DNA of 59,943 bases, counting the filler, from Bipalium vagum (taxonomy: Eukaryota), in the NCBI GenBank assembly GCA_037834085.1. It is 3 parts of 3 records of this genome, joined end to end, with 100 filler letters (N's around TTAATTAATTAA, not from the genome) between each part and the next. Parts side by side here need not be neighbours in the genome. Positions count along the whole stretch, not along the records: positions 40,028 to 59,943 come from JBBMKC010264600.1; 2 more parts are not named here. One strand, given 5' to 3'. This document shows positions 49,476 through 59,943 of this stretch, in pieces. Every line of letters starts with the position of its first letter. Within the stretch, counting starts at the first letter, position 1. The position numbers were made by a program, and so were the translations under genes. Under the pieces are notes generated by a model, which was given only the letters and a program-made list of their open reading frames with translations, made no database searches and was not told where the DNA came from.

Positions 49476-52400
49476 TATATGCAAAGATGGAAAAAGTATA
49501 TACAGCCATTTCAAATATCTCAAGATCTCAAAAAATGAAATTCAGTGGCACTTAAACAGAAAAGATTTGTGTTTATCTAAATTCTTTAAAATATTGAAAA
49601 ATCTTTACATAAAACAAAACGATAAAAATTTACATCTTTATAATTTTTAAATAAACGAATACATTTGTAAAAGGCATATTGATTTTCAATATAAATGTTC
49701 AAAGTGAATTTGTTTTACTTTCAAATCATTAATTTCAAAATCATTGTTTTATACATAAATTTAAATCCATTAAGTATTGATGTCATCTAAATCTATATGT
49801 AAATTAATATTTTAAATATTGATAATAAATATGTGGAAATTCTGGACTATTTTCATAAGAAAATGATTCTAAAACAAACCAAATAAACAATATTAATCTT
49901 CGTTTCTTAATATCAAATATAAAATTACATCCTAAAGATATTTGAATATAACTTTCTACTTGTGATGTTTAATATTCTGAAAATATTGATATTTTATTTA
50001 CAATTAAACCGCTTATTGCATCATATGTTTTAAGAGGATTGGATTTTTAAAATAGGTAAACACTTATACCTTTTTCTTTTACAATTTTTTGATCATTTGT
50101 AATACAAATCTCTAATGTTTTTTAATCAAAAACGTTAATTTTATCAATTGAAATTTCTTGAATTTTATTTTTTGGTTTATTTCGGAATAAATGTTGTAAT
50201 AGTGTGTTTGTTTAAAATTTTTAATGTAATTAACTTTGTATTCATAAATTTTATTTCAAATATTAAAAATTATTACTTTTAGTACAACACTTTTACCGAC
50301 TATAACTTTCTACTTTTTTTTAAGTATCTTATATACAATTATTATTTAATTATTAACAATAATAAAAATAATAATATTCATTATTAACATATTATATAAC
50401 GTATTACTGAATAATTTCATAACACCAGTGTGAGCTTATCGTGATGGAAAAATGTAAGCGTGGCGTGAAATTAACGTTATATTACGAGATAAACTAGTTG
50501 AGGTATCTCATTGCCTTATTGTATTATTTGATTTTACCAATATGTTAGATAACCATAAGCACCGACCGAAAGAATATAATTAAAAAGAACTGGGGAGTTC
50601 ATGAAGACCACTGAAAGGTTCAATAATGATAAAATAAGGATAATAACAAATTCTTTTATTATAACTATAACATTCTAAGATTTTAAAATTTTTCCGAAAA
50701 ATAATTAAAGTTCAAGTCCGCATTTAGGGACCAAGCTTGGGATAAACTGAAGAAGTGATAAGTTCTTTTGACAACCTAAGACTAGATTGACCATTGTTAT
50801 TTGGGTTGATATAATAGGCAAACTAAAAATGTAATTAATTTAATTGTATTATTGTAAAAATAAAGTTTACTGTGATTTCAGTATTTCGTAGTAATAGGGA
50901 CCCACCAATAAAATTAGTGAGAAGTCAGTAGTGTAGTATCTACTACAGTGTGTTAAATTGCTAATAAATTTCAATATTTCAATACATTTTAAAAATTAAT
51001 TTATTCTATAATTTGTTTTAAGATACATTTTCAGTTTATGAAGACGTATTCTGAAAAAAGCTTAGTTCTGAACACGCTATACAAGAAAAATCATCTCCAC
51101 GATCCAAGCGCCATAACCATTTTGATATTCATGTGCAACACCATTCATTTATCTATTGCTAAATTATGTAACTATTAAAATCAGAGAAAGTTGGTTTTTA
51201 TAAAACAAAATTGGTCTAACCTAACTCAGAGTGTCCTTTTAATATTTGTACCACTGCAAAAATATCATTAAAAGAAAACTCACTGAAACTCCTCGACATG
51301 ACGAAAAACGTCAGTTAAAAATTCTTTTTGACCCATCCAATACACATCCAATAAATGAAGTGCGATATTGAATACTGTGAACAGACAGTCAACCTACAGC
51401 ATTTAACATCAAGTATTTTATTATTAGAAGACAATCGATAAAATAACAATGCAAAGTCACAAGCTCTGCTATACATGCCCAAAAAACCCTATCCGTTTAC
51501 AGTGAACAATACTGTATCTTGTCAGTAATGTACCAAAAATGTGAAACAAGTATAATTATCACATGTTTTCCGGCTTTTCTATACAAAAAATAGGATTACC
51601 AAAATCAATTGGAAATTCATTTAACATTTATAACAATAGTTTTTATATTCGTAATTTTAATACGAACTATTTGTTTTACTATTTTTTTTAATTGTGCACT
51701 TTCAGGAAAGATATTTTTTATTTGTAATTCAATCAATCATATTTTGTTTAATTTTAATTATTTTTGTTTGTTGAATTTTAATAATTGTATAATTATTTTA
51801 TATACTTTGGACTTTGGTTTTATCGTTATAAGATAATAGAAAAGTTAAAATAAACAGTATACTAATATGTATTGTTACTACTCAGATCACATTGAGAAAT
51901 AGTCTAAAAGCACAGTAATAAGATTATATGAATGATAAAATAAAAATTAATTAGCTAATAAACTGATTGTCATTGTTAAAAATTGTCCTAAATGACAAAA
52001 ACTAATAAAAAATTAATAAAAATAATTTTTTGTTGCTAAACTAAACTTTTCTGCTGCTTAACTACGGTTTCCAGAGAAGTACTTAATAATCAATTTATTT
52101 CCTTCTGCCTATAACTCCATTTAGAAAGCGTTAATTTGTGAGAAAACATTGTTCCGAAATTTTGTGAATTTGCGGAAATCAATTCTGCGAATTTTAAACG
52201 ATTATTATTCGATTTTTAAAAAATATTATTGATTTAATAAGATTCTAAGCATTAATACAATGTAAAGGATTTTTAATTTATTTACAAACATTGGTCTGAA
52301 TCGTAGGTAATATTAACCTGATTTTAAACAAGTTTATCTTTGAAAATTGTTGATTTGATTAAAGGAATAAAGGGAAGAGATTAGAATATTTAATTAAAGG

Positions 52401-54339
52401 TTATTCAATTTAATGTCCCAAAATATCCTGTAATATTAGATATTTCTGGTTAATATGCCGAGGTTTTGAAAATGTTTATTTTGACTTTGGTAATAAGAAC
52501 GTATATATCAAGACATTGCTATTTTCCATTGAAACCAACTTAAATCATAGTTGTGTTTTTCGATTTAATAAAGTTTTAGACTTACGAATTTGCGTTGCGA
52601 ACCCAACTATTATATTTTTGAGTCAGATAACAGTTTACTTGGCTATTGTTAATATTGATAAATGGGTTTAAAGAAAAAAGATTAAAAAAGGATTTTTCTA
52701 GTTATAAAGATAATATTAATTAATTAAATAAAAATTGATTATTAATCAATTTAATTCAGTAAATCAGAAATAAGTTTAATTCAGTCAATTAGCAAAAAGT
52801 ACCCAGAAAAGGAAATTTTTAAAAATCTTATAAAGTAGAGAAGGAACCATTTCAAAAAAGAAAATTTTTCACAATCACTTTAAACAAAAGGAAACAATCA
52901 TTGTACTGTTTTAATAATGCTCAGAATTCCCGGACTAAGAAACTATAAAAAAAAATTTCAAAATTAATTTTTTGAAAAATTACGATTATTCAAAACGATT
53001 CTCAACAAAGTTCAAATATACTAATACGAGGATAAACAATTCATTTTAAGCGATTATCAATTTGACAATAACACAGTATAATATAATCAATTATTAATAT
53101 TATAATTAATCTCTCCTATATGATCCATTAGATTTAGTATAAGTTAATATATAAATAGTAATAATAATAATAATAAAATACTTAATAATAATCTAAAAAA
53201 TATTTTTTTGTAGTGTCAAGATTATATATGTCACTCAGCAATTATGAACAATTAAGATATTTTAATGAAGTATTATTTTAGGAATAATAATATAATAAAA
53301 GTTAAATGGGGAATAATTTTCATGAAAATAGTAATTGATCAATGACTGAGCAGTCGGCTGGCCAATATAAATAGACAAAGAATTGAGTTGCTTGAAATAA
53401 TTTCATACTAGTTTATTGGAACGTCGGAAGACTTAGTTGTTATCGGAAAAGTTTAGGAATCAAACATTACTATTGATATATCAAATTTGTAAATAAAGTA
53501 TTTGCTTTAAAACATGGTTAACTTTTGATTCAACTTGATATTTCATTATGAATTCTTTAATGAGACAAGATTATACGATGAGTTATTGTTATTGATAGGC
53601 GTGTTAGCTTTTATTGGTCGTGATTCTCAACGGTGTGATTTTTCTTGCTGATTTACTGTAATTGCGTATTTGAGCAAATAAAGTTTATTCAGATTATTTT
53701 GATTTATCTGTATAAGGAATCATAATATCATAAGTGATAAATGAAGTAATCTTAGAGCCTCAGGCAATGAATAACATTTTCATTAAAAAATTTTCCAAAA
53801 TGGATCCGATTTGATGTCCAATTAAGAAAATTCTTCAGTTCTTCATAATCCCGGTGTCATTTATCTTTTAAGTAGTCTTTGGGCATGTTATAGGAAAATG
53901 ATTCTCAACTCTGAGATTGTGCTTATTGGGTGCAGTTGGCCCTAGATACAATTCACAGAGCTGAAGAGTTGCACAAACTAGAAAAGAATTTCATTTTGAA
54001 TTTATTTCATAATATCGAAAAGAGCATTTCGATATTTAAGATTTTATATCATTTTAAGCGAGTTAAGTGTTTTATCTTAGAAAATCAACTCGGTAATTAA
54101 TACAAGTAGAATATAAGTAGTAGTATTAATATAAGTAGAGACCGATCCATTTACTTATTTTGTTTTCGTTTTTATTATTAAATTATTATTATTAATTATT
54201 GATTTGATTTTTCTTTAGTATTAACATTGTCATTGAACTTGATTTTATTTCATTTTATTCGTTGATAAAGTTTCGGTTTTGATTTGAATTGATTTAGAAG
54301 TTGTAATTGTTGTGATAGAGCGAATAAAATTTTAAGTAT

Positions 54340-54780
54340 TTTGAATTAGTTCTTAAGGGTGCGGATACAATACTGTGGAGGGTGTTTTGATTCGAAAAGG
54401 TTGAGAGGAATTACGGACACAACGATTTATAGAAAGTGAGGAGTCATGAGCACGCGAGCACACCTTACTACGCCTAAGTATAATAGTAACACATCAAAAA
54501 ATAATTTTGATTATCGCATTTGGATAATTGACGAAGTACGCATCCCGTTTCTGAAAAAATACTCAAAGTTCATGGAGCTTTTTGTTCATGGTGATACTCT
54601 TTTCAGAAATTAAAAATTTTTAGTCATTGAACTACAAAATATAGACAAATAAGAGGGATGAGTAATATTTTTCAACATCTCCCCCTCAAAACCGTTTTAC
54701 ACATAAGCTTCAATTTGATTGGATTACATTTAATCAATGATGACTTTGTCCCATTCGGTAATCATGTTTTTAATTTTAGA
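54340..54780 (-). mobile_element. Copia-like 3' remnant (PPT + LTR start)
   Basis: Minus strand reads TTGAGGGGGAGA-TGTTGA (polypurine tract followed by TG at 54677). The far LTR end is uncertain. Confidence 0.5.
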
Positions 54781-55269
54781 ACTGAAAATTTACTAAAAAT
54801 TATGCAATTTGTTTTGTTTATCTGAAGTACTTTTAAAGATCCATCTTTTTAGTTGTTACACTTTTATATTTAAAGTTCATAGAATTTTTGTATTTTGTAT
54901 TTTCCATGAATAAATTTTTCCGAGGAAAAACAATTTTTAAAAAGCTTTACTTTTCATGTTCAATTTGAAGAAAAGTCCTTTCGAACCATATAAATTTCAT
55001 AAATAATATTTTGATAAAAGAAATATTTTAAAATAATAATTTTAATTTTTTGTAATAATAATTTGTCGATTTTCTTAATTTAATTAATATTAGTATTTTA
55101 AGAATTAAATGGAGAATGGGAAGAATTGAGAATTATTTTAGAAATCTGAATGAAATTGTAATTATTAAATAAAGAAATAACGATTTTGTCTAAATTTTTT
55201 AAAAAACGAAATTTAAAAGTAATAGAAGCATAAAGAAAAACGTGTCGAAAATTTTAATGTATCATTTTA

Positions 55270-55640
55270 AATAAACTTCAATGATTTTAAGGGGCAGTTC
55301 AATATAAAATTTTATTTCAACAATTCAAAACCAAAATTTTTCTTAATACATTTGAAGGACCATAAAGCAAAATCCATTGAGCCAAAAATATTTGCATAGA
55401 AAAACACTTGCGAAATTTTTATTGAAAGGAATAAAAGAATATATCGTGTGTTTCGTACTGCCACTGGAGATGAAAAGTGGATTTACTTTGACAATTAGAG
55501 TGGCTATGAACATAAGATGAAGCAATTAAGTCCTGATCTCTGACCAAAATGAATATACATTGATAGGGACTGAAACCAAATCAATTTTTCTATGACGGAA
55601 TTCATAAATTGCTCAAAATATCGAGAAATTGATTATTATA
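55270..55640 (+). mobile_element. Mariner fragment
   Basis: YRVFRTATGDEKWIYFDN; FFYDGIHKL. Confidence 0.75.
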
Positions 55641-58600
55641 AAATAAAATTATTTTACTTATTTACTGTCAATTTAATTTTTGATGAATTATCCCCTCCCT
55701 TCCTCCTTCTTATCAATCAATTTTTAATAAATTTAAATGTTCTTGGTTTCTTTTCTTGAGATAAAGGAGATGAGATTTTCAAGTAGAAAAATCTGGCGAA
55801 TATTTTAGAAAGAGAATTCAAAGAATTAAAAAAGTACCTTTATAAAACATCAAAATTTCCACATTTTCAGAAACTAAAACAATTTATAAATGTGATAGTT
55901 AAATCAAATTTCAACCAATAAATTTTAGCACACGTAAAAAGCTAAAGCGGAAATCATTTTTGGTTCATATTAATTTTAAGTTAACCTTAGATTTCGTTCA
56001 TGCCACTAAATATTTTTGAAAAAAATTTATCTTTCCCATTTCAACAAAGAAAACTCGTGGATAAGATGAATAAAAGAAATATCGAGAGAGTAAAACATGG
56101 TCTTGGCAATTATTGTCGACTGATATCTGGTCTGAGGTTGAATGAGACACTGATCCGAGATTCCGAAGAAGGAAATATACCAATAACAATTCCAATTCCA
56201 ATGCTTAGCAACCCCATCTTTAGAAGAAATTGAATAAGAGGTTTACTTCAAATAGTACCACATGTGGTACTAGATTGACCATCTGCTCGAATAGAATAGA
56301 ATAATACTGAATTCATATGTATTCAATTGATGTATCCCAAAGGTACTTAAAGATTTCAAAACCATGTTAATGCTTCAGAAAACAAAACATGAGGAAGAGT
56401 GGTATTAGACGTTTAACTAACTGCTCGCTACTGACTCATTCGAGCTAAGCGGATTAGCGCTGTGGAGTATCCCACAATAGACACTCTTTTATGAAAATTA
56501 TTTTTTTTTATTTGTTGTGATCCGTGTTTTAAAATTTGTGTATAAATTGTAATATGAGATTCTCAAATTAAAGATACTTCAAAATTAATATTATTTTTAT
56601 CAGTAGTAATCAGTATCAACAAAAAATAGGAAAAAAATGTTTATGTAAAATAAAAATAGCAAATATGAATTACTAAAAAAAGAAATAAAATAAATATCTA
56701 TAAATAGAAATTAAATGTAGATAATGATAATAAATAATTAGAAAATTATCTATAAAAATACTTTAACAGACAAAAAATGCACTAGTAGACAAGCAGAGGC
56801 GTAAGAAACACGCAAAACAATAGCTACAGAAACGTGCACATATGAGATACAGAAGAGAACAATCAAGAGCAAGAATAATATTATAGCACTGGTAGCCTAT
56901 TTAGTAAGGACGTTTTATTATAAAAACTCTGTACAATCGTTGTAACAGAATTTTTTATCTAAATAAATATAATTTAAAGAAAGAACTAGTTTTGCGCTAG
57001 AAAAACAGTCAATTTCTATCATGACTTAAGCGACGACTTGGCAATTTGAGGTCCAGAGTAATAGCTATCACTGAGTGTCTTCTCAATAAATCTTTTGAAA
57101 TACGCAACCATAATAATAAAAAATGTACCTAAAATGACTGACGGTCAGGTACATTCGCGTTCCCAAATGTTGGCTGAAGGGCCCTTTCTCAATTTTGTTA
57201 TGAATCATGGTACCGGTGGTTAATATTGTTTTTAATATTATCGTTATTAAGGATTTTTTAAAACTCTAACCATACAATAACCTTAATTATTGTAATTCAT
57301 TTTCTCTTAATCGATCATTCCAAAAGATAGTTTTAAAAATTGAGCAATTTTTATTAATTATGAAATCTAAATGCGACCTCAGAACATTTTTTGTTACTTT
57401 TTTAGTTTGGAAGACCAAATAAAAATAATAATAAAATAAATAAATAATCACCGGAAATCAATATTACCTGCATTTATTTTCAGCTACACGCAAATGCAAT
57501 ACTTAAAAGTTTAATCATTCAGAATTTTATTATTGCCATAGACTTCATTGTTTAACCTTTATGAACATAAGAATTTATATGTTTAAATAAATTTGTAGCA
57601 ATACCGGGAACGGTTACTGCTCAGATTCTACACAGGTAAATCAAGTCTAAAAAAACAGTCAAACTGTGAATAAATAAACATTATGATATTTCGTTTTACC
57701 TTGTATTAGACAACGAAATTCTATTTATTTTTTTTAAGAATTGTCATATTAATCTGAAAGCCAATATAATTAAAATCTAACCAAATCACCATCCGACTTT
57801 ATGTATCTCTTAAGAGCTATCCGTTTATCATATCAGCTTTGATAAATGAAAGCCTCAGAAACAAAGATTCAGTTGCACAAGACCGGAGGTCTCTGGCGTT
57901 CTTTTTGCAGACGTAATCTGATCCTTACTTCGTTCCTTCCTATACCAATATTCCGTATTTTTCTAAACAATTATCGGTCGACCTTTTGGTAATATTTTAA
58001 ATTAACTTCGGTTTCTTTCACTTTGCTATCTTCATAAAACCTTCACCATTACATTCATCTTCGTGTTCTGACTCCTGATTAAAGTTACAAAATACGTCGA
58101 ACGTTTTTTCAAAAATACCAAATTTCAAAATCTTTTTATCCATTGTTAACTGCTCTTTCGGAACATATCAAAGATGGTGCTTCTGTGAAGATAAAGAAAT
58201 TTTTAAAGAAATATCTTCATTTTTTTTGATAATCGTCTGAATATTATTCAAAAATGTCGAAAGAATAATTGGATTTGGAAGTTTAAAAATAATGGTACAA
58301 TAATTTAAAGAAACAAACTAGTATTTTTAAATATTGTTTAAAAAACGAAAATACAGAAAAATATTAATCTTTATTACACTGATTTCTGAATAGATTTTTA
58401 TAAATAATAAAATGAATTCAATTAAATTAATATTTTTTAAAATATAAATAAATAAAATTTTAAAAAACATTAAGACTGAAATATTTTTGTGCAGTTGTAG
58501 TTTTTAAATTTTAGAATACTGTAATGCTTTCATTATTATATTATTTGTATTTCAAATTTAATATAAAAATACTAAAAATATTATACTAATAAAAAATTAT

Positions 58601-59799
58601 AAGGTAAATGTTTTGCTTATGATTTTATAATCCGAAAACAGTTTAAACTAATAGAAGATCGATCATCATGGATCATTGATGTTAAATGAAGATAGATTAT
58701 CGGATGTGTTACAGATCACAATCAATGATATATCTGACATAATATCATAATACTTATTTCAAAATAAGCTACTGCGTTCAGAGTCATGAACTTCTCTTCA
58801 CACATAATTATCGCTCTTGTATCAGAGTGCTCGAGATATATTCCTCTTCAGGACATACTTGCTTATTTGTATCAGTATCAAAGGAAGATAGAAAACTTAT
58901 AAATAATTATAAAAAGTTAAAAAATACTTTCTGATTATTTTATTTTATAATTATTAAAGTTTCAAAAAACAAATTCATTTATTTGTAAATTACTAATTTG
59001 ATACATTTGTGGAAGTCGTCAGTTGGGAACAAGAAAAGAAAAAGATAGAAGATTCAACAAATCGTTCAGCATCAACCTACAACCAGTTACAATAACAATA
59101 CAGTACCAATTATGGTGGTGGAAAATTTTATCGAATATTTTATTTTGAAAATTATTATATTAAACATTTTATCGAACAGTGTATTGTAAACATTATATTA
59201 TTTTATTGCACATTGAGATCATAAACATTTTAAGTATTAAACAATTTCTTTAATAAAAAAATTGAAAATATACAAATTAAAAAGAAAAATAAAAAAATAT
59301 TAAAAGACCTGAAGGTATATCCATTTATGAGTCCGGAGCAAAAATTTGGAGGCTTCAAAGACTTAGAAATAAATGAATAATAATAAAAACCTGTGGGCAA
59401 GCTGAATAAAAATGGAGTGAAAATTTGAAGGCCTAAAAGGATAAATAAAAAATGTGAATGATAACATATGGTCTCATAAGGACTTTTTACATAAAATGCA
59501 TTTCCATGAGGACTTAAATTATTTAAACACTTAAAATAAAAAAATTAATAATAGAGAATAACAATTACGCCAGGAAATTGTTTATTGAAAATTATATAGG
59601 ATTGAGACAAGTGTAAGTGTTTGATTCGATGTTTAATGTGAGATCTACTCTCGAAATTATAAGATGCTAACTCTATAAATATATGTTAAAGGTAGTTGTG
59701 GAGACTACGAGGAGTTCAGTCATCTGGAGTTCAATCATCAAAGCCATCCTAAAACTTTATTGAGTGCATCAATCAACTTTATACTTTATTGAGTGCATC

Positions 59800-59943
59800 A
59801 ATCCCATTTGTGATCCCAAAACTTTAACCGGAGAACCGATTGCCCTCCTATCTCCCAATCGTGCGTGCCACAGATCAATACATCGGACCCGTCAGGATCG
59901 TGCAAATCAAAACGTGGGTCGGTCAACAACAGCGTCATCTGCT
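59800..59943 (+). mobile_element. Possible gypsy integrase GPY/F fragment (truncated by window)
   Basis: DQYIGPVRIVQIK in a GC-richer stretch. Confidence 0.3.

Noticed and set aside
49294-49650. Two ~71-aa ORFs
   Set aside because: They are by-products of the MITE inverted repeats.
50930-50941. AGTGTAGTATCT match to the U2 snRNA branch-recognition region
   Set aside because: Only 12 nt, with no flanking U2 sequence, and far from the Utopia-like element.
51200-51600. Possible piggyBac C-terminal Cys-rich relic
   Set aside because: Too degenerate to support a call by eye.

Overview
Very AT-rich, intron-containing animal genomic DNA, most consistent with a planarian flatworm. This is an inference from the divergent Otx homeodomain, 43-44-nt introns and abundant mariner elements. 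Host genes: (1) a 4-exon K50 Otx homeobox gene on the minus strand (39228-30541); (2) a 2-exon GT14/GCNT core-2/I-branching beta-1,6-GlcNAc-transferase (12042-17230) that is intact except for one in-frame TGA, plus two partial duplicates; (3) a 6-exon secreted F-type lectin + PAN/apple gene (9004-9945) that the ORF track largely misses because of its micro-introns, with a head-to-head pseudogene paralog. The GCNT and lectin copies are interleaved in a glycosyltransferase/lectin cluster of about 14 kb that also holds a possible Piwi-domain relic. The rest is decayed mobile DNA: a Maverick/Polinton remnant, a NeSL/Utopia-like RLE LINE nested antisense inside a related LINE, Tc1, DD37E, mariner, pogo, hAT, piggyBac and copia/gypsy relics, and several MITEs. 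Two scaffold gaps carry an artificial TTAATTAATTAA linker. All calls come from manual reading and translation; no database searches were run.
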